Of a stretch of 64,000 nt of DNA, positions 38,201 to 53,200 are shown one piece after another; the first letter of the stretch is position 1, and each line of letters starts with the position of its first letter. The position numbers were made by a program, and so were the translations under genes. The notes beneath the pieces are model-generated. The model did not search any database. It saw nothing but the letters and a program-made list of their open reading frames with translations, and was not told the DNA's origin. Source of the stretch: Candidatus Aenigmatarchaeota archaeon (GTDB taxonomy: Archaea; Aenigmatarchaeota; Aenigmatarchaeia; CG10238-14; SCSR01); NCBI GenBank assembly GCA_038998335.1, contig JAVZHQ010000001.1:544001-608000 (forward strand). The letters run 5' to 3'.

Positions 38201-41200
38201 CATAGGAAGCTGGGACTTCAAGTTTAACGCAAGTAATGCAGATGGTACAAGCGAATTGCCAGGTTATGGCTATACCGTAGAGGCTGATGAAATAAACGTT
38301 TACAACATTACTCCAAGCTGGAATTCCATAGTTAACAGAAGCCAGCTAACAAACTTTGTTTTGCAAGTTTGGGATCGCGACAATCAAAGCTATCCTGGTT
38401 ATTTGTTACCTGGACAAGCAGATGAGGGAAGAGGAAAAATATTTATTTCTAAGTTTGGTAGCCCAGAAACTTTTGATTCATCGCCAGCAATATCAGCAAA
38501 CGAAACAGGTCATTTAATAAGAAGCATGCAAAATTCTTCTGATAGTTGGTGCAAGGTTAGCGATTACTATCTAGGACAAAACTATTGGAAAGGAGGAGTT
38601 AGCGGAGCAACAACTTATAAAGATAATATAACTCAAGTAATGCCTTTCTGGTTAATGGGTGATTTGTCTAACAGCTACTTAACTCAGCCCTTAGGTGAGC
38701 AAAACTTTACTCGAGGCCAAACAATAAATTTCAACGGAGTAATAAAAGATGATTGCAACGATGTAAAAAGCGATGCTGCTAAGTTTGGAGCTGAGTATAG
38801 AATTTCACACGGAGAAACAACTTACGTTATTGTTTCTGATTTAACCTCAGCAAGCTGGCAGGTTCCTCAAGACGCTCCTCTTGGTTGGTATAATGTAACG
38901 ATGATAGCTTTTGCTGAAGGAAGTGAAGCTGGAAAATACTGGAACGGAACTTTCTTCAAAGAAAATGCATTCTTCATAGCAACAGTTCCAAAACTTGATA
39001 ACCCAGAAGTCCAGCCTTTAGTGGGAAGCTGGGAAATTAAGCCTTTCAACTTTTCAGTTTTTGTTACTAGTGAAGATGGAGAAACAGTTTTAATAAAACT
39101 CTGGCTTAAAAATTCAAGTATTGATTGGTACGTAGAAAACTTAACTTATTGCATTAATTGCAACAATTACTTCTTCCTAACTCAAAAGAATTTCACTTGC
39201 GAAAATATTGGCGAGTGGCAAGCAAAGTTTAACGCAAGCTCTTCAACAAGCTTTACAAACGAAACTCAAATAATCAATTTTAACGTTACCAAATCAGCAA
39301 TTTCAATAAATTATGCCGAAGGAAATAACACGATAGTAAACAGAAGCGATTCTGCGTTAAGAAATTCTGTTAAGCTTGCTGTTCAAATTTGGAATTTGGT
39401 CTTGAACAATTACACAACTGTTATTCCAAACGATAACGTTAAGTTCTGGGTTCAAACTGGTTTAGATTGGAAGGAAGAATTTGAAACAAGCAATGAAACG
39501 CACTATTATTTAGATTTCAACCCAAGCTGTGAATACTTGCCAGGAATAAGAAAATGGAAAGTTAACTCAAGTCATGCATGCTATGCTGACAACAGCTCAG
39601 AGGAATTTTATGTCACAATAATTGCTAATTTAACAAACAACTTAGAAAAACCTGACGGAAGCGTTAACTATACTGCTGGGAGTTTGATAGATTTAAACGG
39701 AACGATAATAGATGATTGCTTGCAAGCAGTAGTAGGAGCTAACGTTAGGTTTAAGCTTCAATCAGGCTCTAATGTTTATTACTGCCCAAGCTCAGGCTAC
39801 GTAACTAACGCTACAGGTAATTTCTACAATTGCACTTGGGATTCTTCTGGGAAGCCAGGAGGATGGTACAACGTTACGATGGAATCTTTCAAAGATTATC
39901 ATGTAAACGGAATTGTTACAAGAGAGAATGCTTTCTTCTTGATTACTCCAGTTGAGCTTATTTCTCCACAAGTAAGTCCGAGCATAGGAGGATGGGGCGA
40001 ACTCCACAACTTTTCTGTGATAGTAAATCATTATGCTAACGTTAACGTTTGCTTGTTAGAAAGAACTCCTACAAGCGAATGGAGCGTTACTGAATGCAAG
40101 TTTATAGAAAACCCAAGTAATAAACTTGTGAATTTCACAAAAACTTATTCTTGTGAAGATTTGCAAGCAAGCAGCTTGTGGTACTTTGCTTTTAATGCTA
40201 GTGAACCAGGAGTTCCAGAAACTTATTCAAACACTTCTCAGCTAAGCCACACTTTAGAAAAGAATGATATTGCTTTCATTTACTTTGAAGGGAATGAAAC
40301 TCAAGTTAACAGAAACGGGAGTGCTACAACTAAGTTTGTTCTTTATGTTAACGATACTGACAGAAACTTGCCAGCTTATACTTTGCTTGCAGGCTCTCCA
40401 AAGCCTGTTGTTGGCTTTAGAATTCACAACGGCACAGCTTACCTAACAGACGGAACAAACACAACAAATTCTTCTGGTTACGTTAGCTATTACTTCAATC
40501 CTTCTTGCAGCTATGAGGTTGGAAAAAGAAATTGGTATGCTTTTACTTCAGGTGATTCTTGCTATAAAGATGCAAGCTCTTCAGTTTTTAACGTAACGAT
40601 AATTGGAGATTTAGTTCCAAACATCACTTACCCAAGCGGAGAAACTTACTACAGAACTCAATCTCTTTATGTAAACGTTTCAGGTGATGTAAGAGATGAA
40701 TGCAACTTAAATTACATAAGCAATGCTTTAGTTAACTTCACACTTTACTGGGCAGCAAACCCAAGCGTTCAATACCATTGCGAAGAAATTGGAAATTATG
40801 GAAACGGAACTTACAACTGCACTTTTGACGCAACAAGCTACGATGAAGGTTGGTATCATGTAAGAATGAACGCTTCAAACGTAGAATATTACAATAATGG
40901 AAGTGATTATAAAGAGTACAGGTTTAAGATAGTTCAAGTTTGGCAGCCTCCTGTTCTAGAAGATGAAACTGTTTTGCCTGAGCAGGATTGGGGATGGGGT
41001 GAAAACTTCACTTTTAAGGTTAACGTTAGCGATGAAAATGCAGATGATGTTAACGTAAGCTTATGGCTCTCTCCAGACAATCAAACTTGGTTCTATGTTG
41101 GTTCTCAAATGTGTTATGATTGTGGAATAAAAACTGAGCTTACTTTCTATTACAAAGGGTTTAAATGTAGCGATATGCCTCAGTATTACTTCAAGTTCAA

Positions 41201-44200
41201 CGCAAGTGATGTTCATAATTCTACTGATAGACCAGGAAAAAGCTTTACTTTAACAAAGGATGATGTTGTTATAGAATATTCTGGCCTTTCAGAAGGTAAC
41301 AACTCTTGGGTTGACAGAAATTCTGGTTCGGTTTTGCTAAAAGTAAGAATTTATGATTTGGATAACAAAAGCTACGTTCCTTCAAACGTTCAAGGAAAAG
41401 TTTATGTTACAAAAGATCAGATTAACTATGACTCTGGTTGGTTAGGCTTTACAGATTCTCAAGGATATTTGGGAGTATACTTTGCTCCAGACTGTGATTA
41501 TTTAGTAGGAATGCAATACTGGAAAGCTGGAACTTACCAAGATTCTTGCTATAAGGATGCTAATTCAACCTTGCTTTTGACAACAAACATTAGAGGTTGG
41601 TTAAACAATAGCATAACTGAGCCAAATGGAGAAGCTTACCTTTCAAACGAAAACGTAACGATAAGAGGAAATGTTAGTGATGAATGTGGTTTAACAATAA
41701 ACGATGCTTCAGTAACCTTCAGAATTTTCCACACAGGCTACAATGCTTTTTCAACAGTTTGCGAAGAAGTTTTGAACGAGGGAAATAGTTATTATAATTG
41801 CACTTGGAACGTTTCAAGCAATCCTTCAGGCTGGTATAACGTTGAGATGAATTCCTCAAGAGATTATTATAATAATGGAACAAAAATTAAAGATCAAGTT
41901 TTCTTCCATCAAGTTAACCCTGTTTTAACAAGTGAATTTGTTTCTCCGCAGCAAGCACCTTGGGGTTCAACCTTTGTTTTCAAGGTAAACGTTACTGATG
42001 ATGACGATATAGTTAACGTAAGCCTATGGATAAGAAAGCTGCCGACAGGAGAATTTTATCTTGCAAACTCAACTCTTTGCTCAGATTGCATAAATAGACA
42101 AGTTGAATTGAGTAAAAGGTATACAGCTGGTACTGATATCGGAGATTATGAATGGTTTATAAACGCAAGTGATTTACATTCCGGCTATGTAGAAACTTCT
42201 GTAAAAACTTTCAACGTTACTAAAAGAAACACTTATTGGATTTATTCTCAAGGAAACAACTCTTGGGTTAGCAGAATAGGAAGCAACACAACAATACTAG
42301 AAGCAAGGTTGTTCGATGCCTTTACGAACAGCTATTTGGATAAAGGTTCTGATGCTCTTTACATAAACGTTACAAAAGATGGAACTTGGGGAAAATGGTC
42401 TAACTCTTCAAGCTTAGGTTATTTAACCATAGCTTTTGATCCAGATTGCAGTTATTCTGTTGGAGAACAAAAATGGAAAGCTGTTTTTAGTGGTGATGCT
42501 TACTATTATGGAAGTGAAAGTCAGAACTTCACTGTTTATATTTATTCAGAATTTTACGCTCAAGTTCTCCAGCCAAACGGGGAAGTTTATGCAGAAGGAG
42601 AAAACATTCAAATAGTTGGAAAGTTAAGAGACGAATGTTTAAATAATATTCCAGGAGCAGCAACAATATTCAGAATTTATCCAGGAGATTATTCTTGTAA
42701 TCCTGAGCCAGCTAACGATTTGGGAAACGGAAATTATAGCTGCACTTTTGGAACAACTGGACTGCTTGGATGGTATGACATAAGCATGAACTCTAGCAAA
42801 AACTATTTCAACGATACCTATACTTTAAAACAAAACGCTTTTCAAGTAAGAAGAAAGCCAAGCATTACAAGCTACCAAGTTTCACCACAACAAGAAGGAT
42901 GGGGTTATAACTTTACTGTAAGCGCTTATCTTTTGGATGCTGATTCAGGAGATACTTTGCAAATTAGCTTGTGGAAATCTTATGACGGAACAAATTGGAT
43001 TCATGTTAGTTCGCAAGTTAAGGATGATTGCACTTCTGGTTGTGATATAACGTTTAATCCAGAGTTTACTTGCTCAGATTATCTTTCAGGACCAACTATT
43101 TATCTTAAGCTTAACGTTAGCGATTCTTACGGACTTAAAAATGAAACTTCTTCCTTTACAGTAACTCTTGAGAAAGATGATGTAAGCTTTTACACGATAC
43201 AAGCTCCTTCTTCTGTTGATAGGGAAGGAGGAGTAGGAGTTTTTGTTGTTAGAGTTAACGACACAGACAAAAATGCTTGGGTTGATAACTCGCAAGAAAT
43301 TGTTAAAGGATATTTCTGGTTTACAAAAGAACCTTCTACTCCAACTTGGGACTCTGGATTGCTTACAACAGTTAACTCTTCTGGTTACATGCAAGTAAGC
43401 TTTGATCCTAATTGTAGCTATGCAGCAAGCTACCAATACTGGAAAGTCGGAATTTTAGATAACAATTGTTATGCAGATATAAACTCAACAGAATCAGGTT
43501 TTACCATAAAAGGTCAACTCAAAAGCAATTTGTACTTGCCTGAAAGGTTCTCTCAATTTAACGTTTCAGACTTGATAAACATAAGATGGAACGTTTATTC
43601 TGATTGCTATGGTATAAGCGAGGCTTATGATTCTGGAAATATAACAGGAGTTAGCAATATCTTAAACTTATACAACTTTGGAAATTCTTCTTCTTGTACA
43701 GATATAAACGAAATTTTCGAAGGAAACTACAACTGCACTTGGGATTCTACTTCCCAACCAGAAGGAAACTGGACGATTAACATTCAAGTCTCAAAAGCAA
43801 ACTATAACTCAAACTCTACAAATTATACAAATTGGTTCTGGCTTGAAAACTTAGCCCCAGAAATTCTTGAAATAAAAGTTTCTCCTGAGCAAGCAGGCTG
43901 GGGTTCAGTTTTCAACTACTCAGTTTACGTTAAGGATGAAGAAAACGATGAAGTAACTTGTTTGCTTTATGTGAACACAACAGGAAATTTTGTTTTTAAA
44001 GGATTAAATTCAACTTCAACTCCTGGCTTATGTAACGTTATAGTTAATGATTTCACTTGCCAAGACCAAAGCAACGCAAGCTTTTACTTTATAGTTAATG
44101 ATACTTTCAACAAAGTAAACACTTCTGAAATTCTTGGAATAACTCAAGGACCAAACATAACTAAGAATAGCTTAAGCATAAGTTTAATTCAGGGAAATAA

Positions 44201-47200
44201 TGCAAAGGTTAACAGGTCAGATAGCAGCATAGGAAGTACAACTAGATTTATCTTGTTCGTTAACGATACAACAAGAAATTCTGCTCCTTTGGAAAACACA
44301 AACGGGAGTATTTTAATAACTTACGATTACTCTAACTTCTATTCTTACTTTGTTCAAACAAACTCTTCTGGCTACTTAAACTTTGATTTTAACCCAGGTT
44401 GTGAGTACCAAACTGGAAAGCAGTATTGGATAGCATTTATAGGAGATGCTTGCTATGAAACAAGGTTTACAAATTCTACTCCTTCAGAGAATTACACTGT
44501 AGAAATCTATGGCGACTTAAACTTGGAAATAATCTCGCCAAAAGGAGAAAAGTACTTGAGAAGTAGTTATCCTGACGGACAAAATGTTAATCTAACTGCA
44601 AGAGTTACTACAGATTGCTCTTTAGAAGGAGGAGTAAGCGATGCCTTAGTTAACTTCACTTTAACTCAAGGACTTACCAACAAATATTGCTCAGATATAG
44701 AAAATCTGGGAGAAGGCTATTTCCACTGCATGCTCAACACAAGTGAATTTGCAGCAAAAGGCTGGAATGTTACTTTTAACGCAAGTAGGAATTATTATAA
44801 CCCATCTTCCCTAACAGATATTTTCCAAATTTGGCAGAAAGGATTCTGGGTCGAAACAAAACCAGTTTTAACAACAGATTTCAGCTATGCTTCTTACAAC
44901 TCTACAGGCCATGTAGGAGATGGAGGATGGGGAGAAACTTGGATTTTCAAGGTTAACGTTACCGATGAAGATGAAGACACTTTAAAAGTTAGCCTTTACA
45001 TAAACAGAAGCGATAATGGCGAGTGGGCACAACCAGTAATGGGAGAAGGAAACACAACTAACTCAACAGTAAAAGGAATAAATGTTACAGTAACTTTTGT
45101 TGTAAAACTACCCTCTCCTGTAGCCTTAGGTGGAAGCTCACCAATAGGGCCACATGCCTTCAAGTTTAACGTTAGTGAAAAGGAAGATATATTCGGTAAT
45201 GCAACAATAGACTTTCCACAAAACATAAACGAAACTGGTAACGGAACTTTTGTTTATCAAAAGGATGATGTTATTCTTGAGCATATAGCCGGAAACAATA
45301 CTGTAGTAAACAGAACTGGCAATCAAATTCAAGCTTTAACAGTAAGAGTTTACGATGCTGATAGAGGAGTTTATCCAACTTTCACAAGCACTGGAGCAAG
45401 GATTTGGGTAACTACTGACTTAGCTTCAAATTATGTAGAAATTCCCGGAACTACTTCGGTTCAAAACAGTTACATAAACACTTCAGCAACACAATTTGAT
45501 CCGGATTGTAGGTTTAAGATTGGGCCACAAAAATGGAAAGCTGGGATAACTAGCGATAATATCCATTACAAAGAAACAAATTCGAGCGAGTTTTTCATAA
45601 ACATAACTACTGTTAGTCTATCATTTAAGTATATCTCTCCAAAAAATGGAAAGCTTTTCGTTAAATCTCCTGTGCCAGCAGATTCCATTTTGCTTGTAGG
45701 AAATGTTAGCGATGATTGTGGAGGAGTAAACCAATCAACAGCAAACTTTTACTTGTATAGAGGAGAAACGATAAAAGACTGCTCTTTAATAGGAACGATA
45801 GTAGACTATAATAATGGAACTTATGGTTGCTTGATTTCAAACTCAACCCTATATTCAGACCCTGAGCTAGATTATGGTTATTGGAATGTTAGTTTTAACG
45901 CAAGCAAGAGCTATTATAACTCTTCAAAAGAAGAGTTTGAGCAGAACGCTTTGTACATAGCCTCAAGACCAAAGTTAACAACAGGCTCTGCTTATGTTTC
46001 TACAGGCAATTACACAAGTGGATGGGGAGATTTATGGTTCTTTGAGGTTGACGTTGAAGATGAAGATTATCTTGGAGAACAAGGAAGTTTGGTTAACGTG
46101 AGCTTTTGGGTTAACTTGACAGGAGAATGGGAATATGTTGGTTCTCAAGTTTGCTCACCACCATGCACAGGAATAGGGATAAACGCTCTAAAATTTGAAA
46201 AAAGCTTTTCTTGTGAAAATATGGGAACGAGATTTTTCAAGTTCAACGCAACAGACAACTTTTATTCAACAGATAAAAGATTTAGAGCAGAAAGCTCAAC
46301 TCAAAGTTTCACTCTTTCTCCCGACCTAGCCTCCTTAACAATCGAACAAGGCGACGGCTCAAGCGTTAACAGAGTGGGAATAGAAACTTCTGTTTTAAAG
46401 GCAAGCATAACAGACTGGTCAAAAGGTGGAACAACAGTAACCGAACAAGGAATAAGCGGGAGAATTTACATAACAAAAAACAGAACGACTTTTGATTCTT
46501 TCATTCCTTTAACTACTGGTTCTGACGGTTTATTCACTTATGACTTTGATCCTGATTGCAGCTTTTACACTGGAAGACAATGGTGGAAAGTTGAGCTAAC
46601 AGATTCTTGCTATTCTTCTGCTTCTTCTCAAAACGCAACGGTTTATGTTTATGGTCAACTTTACAGCAACTTAGTACATCCTCCTTATGGTTGGGTAAAC
46701 GGAACAGGAACTCTAATACCAATCACACTTGACGTAAAAAGTGATTGCTCTGGATATATAGATGAAGAAAGTCCAGGCGTTCCAAATTCAACAGAAGGAA
46801 TAAGCTATCCTATAAGAATTAGAAGGCCTGACGATAGCACTATTGAAAACTGCTATCCATGGCAGGATTGGGGAAATGGAACTTATAATTGTACTTTTGA
46901 CACAATTTATCATCCTCCAGGATATTATGATATAATTCTAAGTAGCGCTAAGGAGTACTTTATACCAAACACAACTTACTATCATGATTGGTTTGAGTTG
47001 ATAAACGCTCCACCAAGCTATCAAAATCCACAAGTAAACCCAAGCAAAGGAGGATGGGGTTCTAAGTATAACTTTAGCATAGAAGTTAAGGATACAGACT
47101 TAGACTCGGTTAATTGTAGCTTGTTTGTTTCAACAGACGATGGTTTAACTTGGCGTTATGTAAATTCAACGATAATTTCTGGAAGTAGCGAGTGGCAGAG

Positions 47201-50200
47201 TTGCAGCTTTACTGTTGAACCTTATGGTTGTAACTCAACCTATTATGATGTAGGCAATGATAATTGGTTTAGGTTTAACTTGACAGATGAAGTAGGACAA
47301 ACTGTTACAGTAACTTTGCCAGGTCCAGAAATAACAAAAGATAACATAACAATAATTTATGTTTATGGAAATAACACAAACATAACAAGAGCTTCTGGTT
47401 TCTTACCTCTAAAAGTTTATGTTTTTGACTTAACAAGAAACAAGCCTGTAGGATCTTATGGCTCTGCCCAAGCAAGAATAAGCTTTAACGTTACTACAGA
47501 TGGAACAAACTATATAGTTGTAGGTTCGAATCAAACCTATGCCTCATTGCCTGGAAACGTTACTTTTAACTTTGACCCAGATTGCAGGTTTGATGTTGGT
47601 TATCAAGAATGGTTTGCCTTTTACAACTCTACCATAGGAGCTGGTGGAGAATGCTATTACTATAACGAAAGTGAAAGGTTTAGTATAGGAATTGTTGGCC
47701 AACTAGTAAATTATGTTGTTTCTCCAAACTCAACTAAGAATAGGTTTGTTAGAGAAGAAGAAAACATAACTTTCAGGGGAAATGTAACAACTGATTGTCC
47801 AGCAAAAGACGGTTTAATAACCAATGCTAATGTAACTTTTGAAGCAACTCATGTTGGAACTGGAGGAAAATATTATTGCGATGAACCTTTAGTAAATGAA
47901 GGTAATGGATATTATAGCTGCTTGTTCATAAATAACGCAAGCAAGCCAACAAGAAACTACAAGCTTAACATGAGCTCTTCTAACGTAAGCTGGTTTAATC
48001 CAACTTGGACAGAAGTTACTGGTTTATGTACGCCAACGCCTTGCGCTTTCTTTGTTGTAACAAAACCAAGCTTATCAAGCCCAAGCTTTTCTTATACTCA
48101 AGACGGAGGTTGGGGAGAATCCTGGCAGTTTAGCGTCACTTTAAGCGATCCTGACTTAGATGTAAACACTGTTAGATTATGGGTTAGAAATATAACTCCT
48201 GCTCCTTCAGCATGTCCAGAAGCTTCTGCTTGGCCAGACTTTTACTTGAAAGGAAGTCAAAGTGTTTCTCAAGGTAATGTTATATTTAACTATCCTTCAC
48301 CAGCATTTAGCTCAGCCTGTGCAGGGGTAAGCTTTGAATTCTTCTTCAACACAAGCGATGGCGAAAGATCAGCAAACACAAGCCTGCTTACCTTTACTGT
48401 ACAAAAAGATGATGTAAACATAACCTTAGTAGAAGGGAATAATGCTTTGCTTAACAGAAGCTTAGCTCCTTCTCAAGAAAACGTTACTTTTAGCATAAGA
48501 ATTTACGATACTGATAGAAATGTTTTGTTGGGAGTTGGTACACCTGGAACGATAAAGTTTTACGTTACCACAGATCCGAACAATCCAAACAGTTTTGTTG
48601 TAGAAGAAACCATACCACAAGTTGGAGCAGGAGGTTTTGTAAATCACACTTTTCCAAAAGCAGAAACAAGATGCAATTATGGAATTGGCCCCTTAAGATG
48701 GAGAGCAGAGTTTGGTTCAACTAGCACAATATACAAAGCAACAAACTCTACTTCAACTTATGGCGATGATTTCTACATAACCTTAATAACCTATCCTCTT
48801 CAAGTCAGCGTTATTGCACCAAACAATCAAAGCTTTAGAAGAAATGTAGATTTGATAACTTATGTTGGTAATGTTAGCGATGATTGTGGAGGAGTAAAAG
48901 GGGCAAGCGTTGAATTTAGAGCTTATCCAGAAGAAATCAATCCATCTTCAACTTGTTTGCCTTCTGAAGTTACAGATCATGAGAACGGAACTTACTCTTG
49001 CTCAAGAATGCCTTCAGAAGATTGGCAGATGACTTATCATAATTTAAGAATAAACGCTTCGAAGCAGTACTATGAACCTTCTGAAATTTTTGAAAAGCAG
49101 GATTCTTTTGTTATAGTAACAAATCCCACTATAACAATTTTGCCGCCAACAAGCAAATGTAGAGCTCCTGAATGCTTAGGCAGCGATAACAACTTTGGAT
49201 GGGGCGAACTTTGGAACTTTTCAGCAATAGTTCAAGATTTGGATCAAGGTGCATACTCTTTTGAAAGACTGAACATAAGCTTATGGATAGATTTTGGCTC
49301 AGGCTATCAGCTTATTAACTCAACTATTTGTGCAGCACCAACTTGCCTATCACCAAGACTTATAACTTTCCTACAAACTTTTGATTGTGGAAAAATAGGA
49401 AGTTGGAATTATAAGATAAACGTTTCTGATTATTGGGGTTATAAGAATGAAAGTTCTGGAGGAATAACAATTAATCCGAATAGCGTAGAAGTTGAGTATG
49501 TCTCAAGTCCAACAAAAATCGACCGAGAAATCGGAGCAACACAAGGAACTTTTGTTCTTAGGATAAAAGATTTGGATAAAGATGAATACTTACCTTCTGG
49601 AAGAAACGCTTCGTTCTTCTTCACGAAAGATGGCTCAACTTTTATTGTTAAAAATGATGTAAAAACAAACTCTTCTGGTTATATAAACATAACTTTAGAC
49701 CCAGATTGCTCTTACTCTGTAGGAATACAAAAGTGGGACGGAGGAATTTCAGGAGATTATTGCTATTATAGCGAGAACTATACTCAAAGGATAGGAGGAC
49801 CTTATGCTCCTCCCGAGTATAATATAAGCGGACAAATAAAAGTTAACATTTTACAACCTTATTATCAGCAAATCTTTAACGTTACTCAGCAAATCTTGAT
49901 AAGGTTTAACACAACTTCTGATTGCCCAGAAGAAGGTTTAATAGCGAACGCAACATATCCTTTAGCTCAAATCGAGTTAAGATCACCTTATGGTGAATGG
50001 GAAACTTGCTTGCCTTTAAACAATGAATATGATGGTTGGTATAATTGTACTTGGGACTCGACTAATAAAAAAGAAGGTTATTGGAGTATAAACTTGACTG
50101 CAAGCAAGCTTCCAGATTATAACTTAAACGAAACGATGTTTGAAAACTGGTTCTGGCTTGAAAACATTTATAGTGTTGCTGAAAACGCAAGCGTTTCACC

Positions 50201-53200
50201 AAGCGAAGCAGGTTGGTCAAGAGTTTTTAATTATTCGATTGAAGTTTATGATCAAGAAGGGGATACAATAAACTGCTCTTTATTCGTTAGTAAAGATAAC
50301 AAGCAAACCTGGGAGTATAAAGGAAGTTATATAATTCAAGGAACTCCTGGAATTCCTACACAAGGAACTTGTTGGGTTGCTTTGCATGATTTTTCATGCG
50401 AAGATATAGATAAACCAGAAGGTCAAGAGTGGATTGTAAGTAAGGCAAAATGGTTTAAGTGGAAGATTGAAAATGGAGAACCTAGCAATACTTATAATAC
50501 TTCAGAGTTTCAAGGGCCAAACATAACTGAATCTCAAGTTTTAATTAGTTATATAGTTGGTGATAATAGCTATGTTAATAGAAGTTCTGGAATAAATCAA
50601 GTTGTAAGATTAGCTGTAAACGTTTTTGATTTGGAAAACTTAAGCTGTGCTTCTAACGTAAACGTAAGCTTCTGGGTTACTCATGACAATTCTAATTATC
50701 AGCTCGATATAGTAAACCAAACTGATAGTTACGGAAATGCAAGCTATTACTTTAACCCAGATTGTTCTTACTCAACAGGAAAACAATACTGGATAGCTGG
50801 AGTAACTGATTCTTGCTATATGAATACAAATGCTTCAAGCAATTTCACGGTTTATGTTATAGGAGATTTGATTCCAATTATACTTTCACCGAAAGGAGAG
50901 AAGTACTTAAGAAGTAATTATGAAGACGGTCAGCTTGTTCCTTTCAAAACTTTTGTAAAAGATGAGTGCGGCTTAGCTATAGTTAATGCTCAAGTTAATT
51001 TCAGTGGAATAAAAGATTCAGAAGTTAAGTGGTGTTCTCAAGTTACAAACCTTGGTGATGGCAATTATACTTGCGAACTTAACACGAGCAACTTTAAAGC
51101 ACAAGGTTGGAATTCTAGTGTAAACGTTTCTGCAAACTTTTACAATTCAAACTCTTCTTTAGAAATTTTTGTTATCTGGCAGAAAGGATTCTGGGTTGAA
51201 ACTAAACCAATACTAACAACAGATTGGTGGTATGAAAGCAGAGATTATCTTGGGAATTTGGGAGACGGAAGCTGGGGAGAAACCTGGTACTTTAGAGTTA
51301 ATGCTAGCGATGAAGATTATGACATTTTGGAAGTTAAACTTTGGGTAAACTCAAGTCAAGTTGGAGGTGACTGGGCCCAACCATTACCAGTATACATGAC
51401 AAACTCAAGCGTTCAAGGGAAAAATGTAACAGTTATTTTTATCATACCAGGATGGCCAAGCCATTCAAACCCAGGTCTAGGCTTTCATGTATTCAAGTTT
51501 AACGTTAGCGAAGTAAAAGATATCTATAACAATGCAACAAAAGATTTTGTTAATAACACTTATGAAATAGGAAATGGAAACTTTACAATAACAAAAGATG
51601 ATTTGCTTCTAATACATGTTGAAGGAAATAACACTTCTGTTCATAGACCAGGAAACAATTACCAAACTTTAAGTGTAAAAGTTTTCGATAGAGATAAAGG
51701 AAGTGATGTAACAAGTGGAATTTTAAGCACAAACGTAAGAATATGGGTAACTAACGATCTAGCTTCCAACTTTACTTCAATTCCTTCAACCTTCTCTTCA
51801 GGTTATATAAACACTTCTGCCTTACAATTCGATCCTGATTGCAGCTTTAGAGTTGGACCACAAAAGTGGAAGGCTGGTGTGCTTTATACAGATGCTTACA
51901 AGGCAACAAACTCTTCTGACTTCTTTATAAACATAACAACAGATCCTTTGAAGGTTGAACTTTTACAACCGTTAGATGCAAAACTTTACTTGAAAGGAAT
52001 AGAAGATGTTCCTGTTAAAGTTAAAGTTACAGATGAATGTGGAGGAGTAAGCGAAGCAAACGTTACAATAATTTCTCAGCAGCTAGGAGCCTATCCTCCA
52101 AACAAGGATTGTGTTGAAGATCAAAGTCCAAAAGGTCAAATATTTTACGAAGGAAGTGGAATTTATAACTGCACCTTCAGAGCAGACACAACTGCACAAG
52201 AAGAACCGGCATGGCTTTATGGTTATACTAATGTTTCAGTCCAAGCTTTCAAAGCTTACTATAACTCTAGTGAAGTAAATTTCACGATAAACTCTTACTA
52301 TTTAGCATCCAAACCAGAAATTACTCTGAAATCCCTCTACACAGATTATGGAACAAGTGGGTGGGGAGAAAACTGGCATTTCCCAGTTGACATAGAAGAT
52401 AAAGATTATAATGCTCAGCTTGGGTCAACTATAAACGTATACTTCTGGCTAAACTTGACAGGAAGCTGGCAGCTTTTTGCAAGCAAAACTTGTGTTCCTG
52501 CAACCGGAAACTGCACAAACTTAGAGTTCTATCCTGTTAACTTTACTTGCAACAGAACTTATAGCGATATAGGAGTGAAAGGTTACAAGGTAAATGCAAG
52601 CGATAATTTTGGTTATAAAGATGAGAAAGAAGCAACCTTTACCATAACTCAAGATCAGGCTGACATAGCTGACGTTAAATACTCAAAATCAATTATCGCA
52701 AGAGAGTTTAGCGACTCTGCATGGTTTGCTGCCTTGTTTGTTGACACGATAAGAGGGTTAGAAATAACTTATGAAAATGTTAGTGGAAGAATTTACATAA
52801 CAACCGACAACTCAAACTATTTGTTCAATTCAAGCTTATTATCTCAACCAAACGGTTACTTGAACTATACTTTTGATCCTAATTGTAGCTTTTCAGTTGG
52901 AATACAAAAATGGAAGATTAACTTAGAAGATTCTTGCTATTATACTGCAACTTCAGGAGATCAAGAGTTTACTGTAGTTGGACAACTAAAGAATTTCTTG
53001 GTAGAGCCTTCTTATGGCTCAATAATAGAAATAGAAGTAGGAAAAACTGCTAACATAACTTCAAGTATAAAGGGAGAATGCGGAGAAAATGTTGAAGGGG
53101 CAAGCGTAACTCACGAAGCAAGATGGCCAGACTCAACTTTTGAAAATATTGTTCCAGTGGAAGAATTGGGCTCAGGCTTGTACAATTCAACATGGAACTT